Below, in pieces: positions 51,268-58,596 of a stretch of DNA of 64,000 nt; positions within the stretch are counted from its first letter, which is position 1; each line of letters starts with the position of its first letter. Under the pieces are notes generated by a model. It was not told where the DNA came from, did not search any database, and worked only from the letters and a program-made list of their open reading frames with translations. This DNA comes from a virus (taxonomy: Duplodnaviria; Heunggongvirae; Uroviricota; Caudoviricetes): IMG/VR virus record IMGVR_UViG_3300042514_001345; one strand, given 5' to 3'. A program made the position numbers and the translations under genes.

Positions 51268-53370
51268 ATGAGCTTTTTAAACAGTAATAATTCAGAATTT
51301 TTAACAGCAAGAATTACCCAAAAAGGTAGAAAATCTATCGCTGAGGGTAATTTTGTAATAAGTTATTTCCAAATAGGTGATTCTGAATTTGATTACAACT
51401 TCACAGGATTCACTGGGAATGGTGTAACACCACATCAAAAAGTGTTGGCGCCAATGGATAAAGATGCTCAAGTAAAGTATCCATATAAATTAACATCATC
51501 TGAAAGTTTAACATACGGTAACCCAATAAAACAAAATACGTTAGATACAATTAAAAATGTTATGGGACCGGCAGGTTTCGTTTCAGATTACGTTGAATAT
51601 GATTCAGTGGATTGTACTGGAACAACAATTGCATGTGAGATACAAGAAATATCGTTATCACAAGTTGATGGTACTAATTTATTAACAGTTTTAACTGGTG
51701 CAACATACAATGGTTGTGAATATGTCACAATTCTTTTTAACAGTAGAACCTGCGGTGAGATACCAACATTAACTGGTGAAACAAATAGTTTGGTTTATAA
51801 AATTACAGGTATAACGGGTAATGAATTAGCGTTTGATAGAATTATGCCAAACTTCTCATCATTAAGTGGTTACGCACAAGTGATATGTCACAATTGTGAT
51901 GTTGAGTTTGGGTCTGATACTACAGCAACAACTGTTTGTTCACCATCACCCGTAGATCCATCAGCAGCACATGATCCATGGAGAATGGAAATCGTTTGGA
52001 CAGAAAAACCAGCAGGATTAAATGCATCAAATGAAAGTTTAACAGGATATACTGGGACACAATACGCATCAACAAAAGAATATTTAGGATATAATAGTAT
52101 ATCAGGTCAAACATTTACAAATTTTACTGGAGGAACACTATCAACACCAACAACATTTGTTAATTCATTTGGTGAAGAAGTTAATGTTAAACCAGAAGAC
52201 CAAAGAGTAATAGCAATATTACATTACTCAGAATTAGGAGATTCGGTTAACGACCCTGAAAGATTTTTTAAATACGATGATTACATCGCATCTGAAACTG
52301 AAGATGATATTTTAAGTTTCGAAGTGTACATTCCGTTTATGTTATATCATAGAAATACTGGTACCACTATTGGTGCAGTGTTTACTATGGATGAAACAAA
52401 TTATTATGTAACATCAAGTAAGAACGATAAACCAAATACTAATAATGTTGTATTCAGATATCTTTTAGATGAACAAGGTTATAAAGTTGGTAAAGTTTTC
52501 ACAGGTAAAAAGATAATAGTATTTGATGACCAAGAAATTATAGCAGCATTAGAATACAAATCAAATAGAAGATTCACACTACCTTCACCAAGAGTTAGTG
52601 CAGTTCCGGTGGATTTACCATGTACTGTTGGGGATCAGCCAATGATAACAAGTGGTGAAACAGCATATATCACATATGAATTAGAACTAACAGGAAATAC
52701 AGCATTAAGTGGGATACATTGTAATTACTATAATAGTGTTACTGGTATATCTGTGAATGCATCAATTAAATTCAATACTGATGATTTCAAGTATATGAAT
52801 AATAATGCCAATTTAGTTGGTAGCACCAGCGGATTTAGAGCAAATAAGTTTAAAGCATTAGTTCAAATAGTTTCAGGAAGTACACAACCAGAATCAGATT
52901 CTTGGACTGTAATAGATTTAACAGACCAAATACCTAACCACACAGTTGGTAGTTTAATTGATCCTGATAATTTATGTGACTATCAGTTTGTTATCGGTCA
53001 AGATATGTTAGATGGTGGTTCTTTATATTCAATCGGAACAAATACGTCAACAACAGATAATTTAATTGGTTATCAACCAACATTAACTAGCGGTGATGCT
53101 ACACTTCCACAATTTGGTGATAGTCAACCATTTCCAGGTAGTGTTAAGTTAACCAGAGCATCTGATTTAGAGGTTATGACGTTTATGATTAACCTACCGT
53201 CATCACAATTCACACAAACTCAGAATCCTACGTATATTTCTGGTGCAACTAAAAGAATTACAGAGGTAGCATTACTAGACGCAAGTAAAAATGTATTGGC
53301 GATGTCAAAAACAGCTAAACCAGTTATAAGGTCTGGAGTACAAGTTTTTGCACTAAAAATTGATTTTTAA
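51268..53370 (+). CDS. Baseplate / tail-fibre attachment protein (DUF3751-like N- and C-terminal segments)
   Basis: ARITQKGRKSIAEG..YFQIGDSE at the start; ITEVALLD..VLAMSKTAKPV.R..FALKIDF at the end. Confidence 0.5.
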   Translation: MSFLNSNNSEFLTARITQKGRKSIAEGNFVISYFQIGDSEFDYNFTGFTGNGVTPHQKVLAPMDKDAQVKYPYKLTSSESLTYGNPIKQNTLDTIKNVMGPAGFVSDYVEYDSVDCTGTTIACEIQEISLSQVDGTNLLTVLTGATYNGCEYVTILFNSRTCGEIPTLTGETNSLVYKITGITGNELAFDRIMPNFSSLSGYAQVICHNCDVEFGSDTTATTVCSPSPVDPSAAHDPWRMEIVWTEKPAGLNASNESLTGYTGTQYASTKEYLGYNSISGQTFTNFTGGTLSTPTTFVNSFGEEVNVKPEDQRVIAILHYSELGDSVNDPERFFKYDDYIASETEDDILSFEVYIPFMLYHRNTGTTIGAVFTMDETNYYVTSSKNDKPNTNNVVFRYLLDEQGYKVGKVFTGKKIIVFDDQEIIAALEYKSNRRFTLPSPRVSAVPVDLPCTVGDQPMITSGETAYITYELELTGNTALSGIHCNYYNSVTGISVNASIKFNTDDFKYMNNNANLVGSTSGFRANKFKALVQIVSGSTQPESDSWTVIDLTDQIPNHTVGSLIDPDNLCDYQFVIGQDMLDGGSLYSIGTNTSTTDNLIGYQPTLTSGDATLPQFGDSQPFPGSVKLTRASDLEVMTFMINLPSSQFTQTQNPTYISGATKRITEVALLDASKNVLAMSKTAKPVIRSGVQVFALKIDF

Positions 53371-53373
53371 CCA

Positions 53374-53404
53374 TTTACATTTTTAATATCTATAGTTATT
53401 CTTG
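53374..53404 (+). promoter_or_regulatory. Bacteroidota-type promoter (TTTA-N19-TATTCTTG)
   Basis: Lies at the structural-to-replication module boundary. Confidence 0.5.
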
Positions 53405-53407
53405 TTT

Positions 53408-54004
53408 ATGGAAACAAAATTCAAAAACAAATCTAAAATTTTAGGATTAGATATCTCAACCAAAACTATTGGTTGGGCACTATTCGATTTAGCCGGTAAG
53501 AAGTTGTTAGAGTTAACACATTTCTCACCAAAGGTTAAACCCCTACCAGAAGACAAATTAGAGGAATTAATGAAAAAAGCGGATGCTTTCAAGAAACAAC
53601 TTGAGGGTTATCGTGATATGGGTATTGTTAAAGTTATCATTGAAGAACCATTATTAAATTCTAATAATATCTACACAGTAGGTACATTATTAAGATATAA
53701 CACAATGATTTGCAAGATAGTATACGATATTTTGGGTATTGTTCCGACATTTATTTCCACATATAATGCAAGAAAATTTGCGTTCCCAGATTTAGTTGGT
53801 CCAAATGATAAAGGTAGAAATGTTCTATTTGGCGGTTATCCTAAAGATATTGATAAGAAACATGTGGTTTGGGAACACGTAAACGCTGTTTGCCCAGAAG
53901 TTACTTGGTTATATGGTAAAACCGGTTCATTAAGAAAAGAAAACTATGATATGAGTGATGCTGCAACAGCGGTAATCGGCTATATTAACATGTTAAAAGA
54001 ATAA
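53408..54004 (+). CDS. ruvC: RuvC-like Holliday junction resolvase
   Basis: ILGLDISTKTIGWA, VIIEEP, YDMSDAA. Confidence 0.8.
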   Translation: METKFKNKSKILGLDISTKTIGWALFDLAGKKLLELTHFSPKVKPLPEDKLEELMKKADAFKKQLEGYRDMGIVKVIIEEPLLNSNNIYTVGTLLRYNTMICKIVYDILGIVPTFISTYNARKFAFPDLVGPNDKGRNVLFGGYPKDIDKKHVVWEHVNAVCPEVTWLYGKTGSLRKENYDMSDAATAVIGYINMLKE

Positions 54005-54016
54005 GGCAACTAGTAT

Positions 54017-54047
54017 TTTGTTATTAATTATTAATAGCGTATATTAG
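54017..54047 (+). promoter_or_regulatory. Bacteroidota-type promoter (TTTG-N19-TATATTAG)
   Basis: Best match in the window to the two-box consensus. Confidence 0.6.
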
Positions 54048-54051
54048 TATA

Positions 54052-54129
54052 CAATACAGCAAATCGGGTGCACAGAAATGTACATCTGGTTGGTGTTCCC
54101 CTGGGGTGGTGTCCAGGGGATTTTTTTTT
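54052..54129 (+). ncRNA. Candidate ~78-nt small RNA (internal hairpin plus terminator)
   Basis: ATCGGGTG/CATCTGGT stem (54063-54090); TCCCCTGG/CCAGGGGA plus T9 (54097-54129); promoter-like site upstream. Confidence 0.45.
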
Positions 54130-54144
54130 CTCACATATTTTACA

Positions 54145-54152
54145 TATATTAG
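54145..54152 (+). promoter_or_regulatory. Host-type -7 box TATATTAG for primase (near-leaderless mRNA)
   Basis: 4 nt before ATG 54157. Confidence 0.5.
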
Positions 54153-54156
54153 GCAT

Positions 54157-55095
54157 ATGCCGGAAACCGAAATCGACTATTCAGCTATTGTTGACCTTTT
54201 AGAGGACATATTGGGAGAACCACATATGCACAATGACTATAGGTGTCAAATATCTTTTGACTGCCCTGTCTGCTCGTATGAGTTAAAGGGGTTAGATGAA
54301 GGGGATGGTAAGGGTAATTTAGAAATTAACTATCGTTTTGGGGTTTATAAGTGCTGGGCGTGTAGTGAAACACACGATACTCACGGTGGGCTATATAAGT
54401 TAATCAAAAAATATGGTCGACCTAAACATACAAAACGTTATGAGTTATTGAGACCAGATGATATTGGTGAATTAAGAAAAGTAACTAAGGTTGCGAGGTT
54501 ACCAAACGAGTACATTCCATTAAAAGACGCTAGTATGGGTTTAAAATTAACTCATTACTATAAACAGGCGATGAATTATTTACGTAGTAGAAATATTACT
54601 GACGAAATGATTGAAAAATATCGAATAGGATTTGCATACACTGGTTTATACGCTAGTAGAATCATAATCCCATCATATGGGCATGATTTAATGTTAAACT
54701 ATTTCATTGCCAGATCATATGCCCCAAACACTAAATTAAAATATAAAAATCCAGATGTCAGAAAAGAGGATTTGATTTTTAATGAACATTTGCTTGATTG
54801 GACTAAACCAATCAACATTGTTGAGGGCGCATTTGACAGTATATTCGTACCAAACTCAATACCATTACTTGGTAAATTTGTTAGTGAGTTTGTTTTCAAT
54901 AAGATATATGATAACGCAACCGGGATTACGATATTATTAGATGGAGATGCGTGGGAAGATGCACAAAGAGTATATCATAAATTAAATGGCGGTAGATTAT
55001 TTGGTAAAGTTTGGATAGTAAAACTAGATATTGATAAAGATATCGCTGACTTACAAGGAAAATTAGAAAATTATAAACCCTTTCAATTAAAGTAA
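54157..55095 (+). CDS. DNA primase (Zn finger plus TOPRIM); start revised to 54157
   Basis: CPVC..CWAC, RIIIP, IVEGAFDSI, LLDGDA, DKDIAD. Confidence 0.9.
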   Translation: MPETEIDYSAIVDLLEDILGEPHMHNDYRCQISFDCPVCSYELKGLDEGDGKGNLEINYRFGVYKCWACSETHDTHGGLYKLIKKYGRPKHTKRYELLRPDDIGELRKVTKVARLPNEYIPLKDASMGLKLTHYYKQAMNYLRSRNITDEMIEKYRIGFAYTGLYASRIIIPSYGHDLMLNYFIARSYAPNTKLKYKNPDVRKEDLIFNEHLLDWTKPINIVEGAFDSIFVPNSIPLLGKFVSEFVFNKIYDNATGITILLDGDAWEDAQRVYHKLNGGRLFGKVWIVKLDIDKDIADLQGKLENYKPFQLK

Positions 55096-55096
55096 C

Positions 55097-55954
55097 ATGG
55101 ATTTAAAAGAAATCTCGTTAGAGATAAATGAATTATTGACTAAAAGAAGAAATGAATTAGAACTCACCTTTGTTGAGGACAAACACATTTATTATATGAA
55201 GGATCTTGATGGTATTGTCAGAGATGACTTCCCATCTGTTTCTAGAGTAATTAAAAGATTTCACAAAGCATTTGACGCACCGGCCAAAGCATTAGAAATG
55301 TCTAAAGGTGACAGGACGAAACAACAACAATTATTGGGTGAATGGCGAGCGGCTGGGGACTACTCAACAAATATGGGTAGTCGTGTTCACTATGTTTTAG
55401 AGTCGGAGACAATCCAACGTTATGGTGGTTATAAAGAGGTTAGAGAACCAATTTTCAATTGTGATGAAAGTCAAATTATTAAAGGCGACAACATGATTAA
55501 AGCTGGTAATTCATTTTTAGATTTAATGGCTGAACGTGGAGCAGTTCTATTAGATACTGAAATTATTTTAGGTGATAATGAGCTGGGCTATACGGGACAA
55601 CCAGATAAGGTTTGGTTAATGATGAATAAGGATAACACCAATTACGGAATCGTAATTACTGATTGGAAAACAAATCAACCAAAAAACTTCGAGGTTCATC
55701 ATTATACTGGTAAATTGTATCCACCATTTAATGATTATCATGATAATGCATTAGGTCATTATTTTTTACAACTACCTCTTTATGTTCGTTTATTGTTAAA
55801 AATGTTAAGTGGAACAAAATATGCCGATTTAAAATTACTAGGTGGTGTAATTGTATTATTAAAAGACGACGGAACATATGTTGAATATAAGGTACCGCCT
55901 GTTATTAGTTCAACAATTTTAAGAATGGATTTAAGCAAATACACAAGAAAATGA
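55097..55954 (+). CDS. PD-(D/E)XK family exonuclease
   Basis: GSRVH, GQPDKVW, ITDWKTN, LQLPLY. Confidence 0.8.
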   Translation: MDLKEISLEINELLTKRRNELELTFVEDKHIYYMKDLDGIVRDDFPSVSRVIKRFHKAFDAPAKALEMSKGDRTKQQQLLGEWRAAGDYSTNMGSRVHYVLESETIQRYGGYKEVREPIFNCDESQIIKGDNMIKAGNSFLDLMAERGAVLLDTEIILGDNELGYTGQPDKVWLMMNKDNTNYGIVITDWKTNQPKNFEVHHYTGKLYPPFNDYHDNALGHYFLQLPLYVRLLLKMLSGTKYADLKLLGGVIVLLKDDGTYVEYKVPPVISSTILRMDLSKYTRK

Positions 55955-56769
55955 TAAAAAAAATAATTCATATCGCAGATTTACACATCCGTACATATCA
56001 AATGCACGAGTTGTATAAAACACAGTTTGATAAGTTAATTGAAGAAGTACGTGAACATGCTGCACAATGGACTTCAGAAGGTATTCGATGGGAAGAAATT
56101 CGCATTGTAATTGCTGGTGACATAGCACATCAAAAGATTAATATATCCAACGAACAATTACTATTAACTAGTTGGTTCTTAAATCAACTATCAAGTTATG
56201 GTATGGTTGTTATCATCCCTGGAAATCACGACTTCTTAGAGAATAACCACGAGCGTTTAGACAGCATAACACCTATTATAGAATTGTTAAACAATAAAAA
56301 TATTGTTTATTATAGAGACATGGGTGTTTATAAAGATGATAATGTTAATTGGGTTGTGTATTCATTATACCAACATAATCAACGACCTGAATTTGAAAAA
56401 GAAGAAGGTAAACTACACATCGGATTATTTCACGGACCAATTCAAGGATTATCAACTGATTTAGGTTTTGAGTTTGAAGATGCATATGACCAATTAAATT
56501 TTAGAGATTTAGATTTATTACTATGTGGCGACATTCACAAAAGACAAACCTTCACATTACCTAGCGGTGGTAAAGGTGTAATGATTGGTTCTTTAATACA
56601 ACAGAATTTCGGTGAGACAGTTAATCATCATGGTTATGGCGTCTATGATGTTAATACAAACACATATGAGTTTAAAAACTTACAAGTTGAACAACCGTTT
56701 TTACATTTTAAAATCACAGACATAAATGATATCGAAGAGCAAAAAGAGCATCTCGTTAATCTTGGATGA
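55951..56769 (+). CDS. sbcD: Mre11/SbcD (T4 gp47-like) nuclease domain, lacking the C-terminal cap and Rad50-binding part
   Basis: IHIADLH, IAGDIAH, IPGNHD, FHG, GDIHKRQ; only 272 aa. Confidence 0.88.
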   Translation: MIKKIIHIADLHIRTYQMHELYKTQFDKLIEEVREHAAQWTSEGIRWEEIRIVIAGDIAHQKINISNEQLLLTSWFLNQLSSYGMVVIIPGNHDFLENNHERLDSITPIIELLNNKNIVYYRDMGVYKDDNVNWVVYSLYQHNQRPEFEKEEGKLHIGLFHGPIQGLSTDLGFEFEDAYDQLNFRDLDLLLCGDIHKRQTFTLPSGGKGVMIGSLIQQNFGETVNHHGYGVYDVNTNTYEFKNLQVEQPFLHFKITDINDIEEQKEHLVNLG

Positions 56770-57247
56770 TGATTTTATACAATACTGCAAACTCAACAAT
56801 ATAGAGGATCAACAATCATTTGCTAAAAGAATATTTAATCAAGGTTTCTCAATCATCAAGTACGGTGAAACCCCTAATGGGGTACAGGGTAAAGAGAAAA
56901 TTGTGGAGAAGGAAGTTATCAAAGAAGTAATTGTTGAAAAGATTGTAGAGGTGGTGAAATTAGTAGAAGTCATCAAAGAAATACCTGTTGAGAAAATTGT
57001 GGAAATTATAAAAGAAGTTCCAGTTAAAACGAAAGGGGAAACTCAAATTGTAACTAAAGAAGTTATTAAAGAGGTCTTTGTAGATAAAATAATCCCAGAT
57101 GTTGAAAAGGATAAAACAATTCAAAAACTAACAGAGGAAAATCAAAAACTCACAAATGATTTAAATAAAATAACCACAGCGTTGAATAAGATGGGTAAAG
57201 CCAAGTACCTTAAAAACAGCGACTTAAATGACTTGTATGGCGAATAA
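56726..57247 (+). CDS. Protein with VEKIVEV (alveolin/articulin-like) repeats, a possible RHH-like N-terminus and a coiled coil
   Basis: EKIVEKEVIKEVIVEKIVEVVKLVEVIKEIPVEKIVEIIKEVPV. Confidence 0.7.
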   Translation: MISKSKKSISLILDDDFIQYCKLNNIEDQQSFAKRIFNQGFSIIKYGETPNGVQGKEKIVEKEVIKEVIVEKIVEVVKLVEVIKEIPVEKIVEIIKEVPVKTKGETQIVTKEVIKEVFVDKIIPDVEKDKTIQKLTEENQKLTNDLNKITTALNKMGKAKYLKNSDLNDLYGE

Positions 57248-57287
57248 AATCGGGCAACGGTTATTTTTTATTATGTGGTAAATAAAG

Positions 57288-57295
57288 TATATTAG
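57288..57295 (+). promoter_or_regulatory. Host-type -7 box TATATTAG, with GGCAAC 29 nt upstream
   Basis: Same GGCAAC-N29-TATATTAG geometry as 54005-54047. Confidence 0.5.
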
Positions 57296-57304
57296 TAAAA
57301 ACAT

Positions 57305-57622
57305 ATGAATATGACATTATTATTTTTCTGGGCTTTTATGGCTTACGGTATGACAACAATAATTGTTTACGGATCAATATTCGATAAACCTAGGGAGTTC
57401 ATTAAGAGACACTCAAAATTTTTTGGAGATCTTGTTGGTTGTATGCTTTGTACATCAACTTGGTGCGGATTTTTCTTATCATTAGTTTTGGGCGGGCTGT
57501 CAACTAAAATATTTGACATTAATTGGATTCCAGCAATATTTTTTGATGGTATGTATACGGCCGGCATCGTCTGGGCTATAAACGGAATAGTTGAATTTTT
57601 TGAAGAAAGTAGAATAAAATAA
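57305..57622 (+). CDS. Small membrane protein with CxxC (DUF1360-like)
   Basis: Three hydrophobic segments; GDLVGCMLCTSTWCGF. Confidence 0.7.
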   Translation: MNMTLLFFWAFMAYGMTTIIVYGSIFDKPREFIKRHSKFFGDLVGCMLCTSTWCGFFLSLVLGGLSTKIFDINWIPAIFFDGMYTAGIVWAINGIVEFFEESRIK

Positions 57623-57642
57623 TATAAATAAAATAACAAAAA

Positions 57643-58596
57643 ATGACATCAAGTGAATTTGAAGTAAAAAAAATTAAATGGTTGGAAACTGCTAAAACCA
57701 AAAAAGGTATTATAGCACAGTTAGACCCTGACGGATTATATTCCGCGTTTATTATTAGTAGATTAACAGGATTAGATGTTGTTGGTGTATCGGATTTATA
57801 TAACAACATTTATGGTATCGATGAAAACGACAAGTTAAGTGATTATGTTTTTGTTGACGTTGAAATGTTCTTACCAGATGTATTATCTGTTGGTAATCAT
57901 AATAACATTACAAGCCCTAAAGTTTACGAGGAAATTAAAGACAGATTGGTTAATTGTTTAAACCCTAACTATCAGTTTGGTGTAACCGTAAAAGAATATA
58001 CTGGTAAGTACCCGTTTGGTACCGCACATTATCTAATTGAGTTATATTCAGAAGAATTAAATCTTCCTGAGTTATTTGAATCAAAAGAGTTATTACAACT
58101 TCTGTATATTTCAGATGCGGTATATAATACGGTAAACAAATACCCCACAAACTTTAAGAACTGGGCAGATAAATTATTTAAAAACGATTTATTCCAGGAT
58201 AAGTTTTTAAAGGTGTTATTTAAAAAATTCAGTTTCTCAAAAGACACAGAACGCTTATTAAACGAAGCAAAAAAAATGTTTGGTGGTTATGAATTCTTTA
58301 ATAAACGTTTAAACAGTAAAAATATTGACGAAGAAACTCGTTTATCTTTGGTAAAAGAGAAATTAAATCACTTATCTTTACCATTCCAAAACTTAGGTAT
58401 GGATTTTACTAAAATAAACATGGATAAGAATATTAAACTTAATAGCCACAAATATGGTGGTTACAGTGGTAATGAATTACCAGAAGATATTACGCAAAAC
58501 CCGGCATCATTATATGAAAATGTGATGACAATTAATTACACAGGACAAAATATCATTTCTTTAACCTATATTCCAAAGGAAACACAAAATGTATAA
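57643..58596 (+). CDS. Divergent DHH-family phosphoesterase-like protein
   Basis: LDPDGLYSA (motif I), FVDVE (motif II), and GNHN where DHH is expected. Confidence 0.5.
   Translation: MTSSEFEVKKIKWLETAKTKKGIIAQLDPDGLYSAFIISRLTGLDVVGVSDLYNNIYGIDENDKLSDYVFVDVEMFLPDVLSVGNHNNITSPKVYEEIKDRLVNCLNPNYQFGVTVKEYTGKYPFGTAHYLIELYSEELNLPELFESKELLQLLYISDAVYNTVNKYPTNFKNWADKLFKNDLFQDKFLKVLFKKFSFSKDTERLLNEAKKMFGGYEFFNKRLNSKNIDEETRLSLVKEKLNHLSLPFQNLGMDFTKINMDKNIKLNSHKYGGYSGNELPEDITQNPASLYENVMTINYTGQNIISLTYIPKETQNV

Noticed and set aside
55097-55954. Cas4 assignment for the PD-(D/E)XK nuclease
   Set aside because: It lacks the four Fe-S cysteines and has no CRISPR context.
57623-57630. TATAAATA as a T4 late promoter or an antisense late promoter
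   Set aside because: It sits in an A-rich leader, the octamer also occurs by chance in coding DNA (e.g. 14078, 28824), and there is no credible minus-strand ORF.
56770-58588. Splicing or ribosomal bypass rejoining sbcD and sbcC
   Set aside because: The 1.8-kb gap holds three intact genes and a promoter, with no intron core or matched take-off/landing signals.
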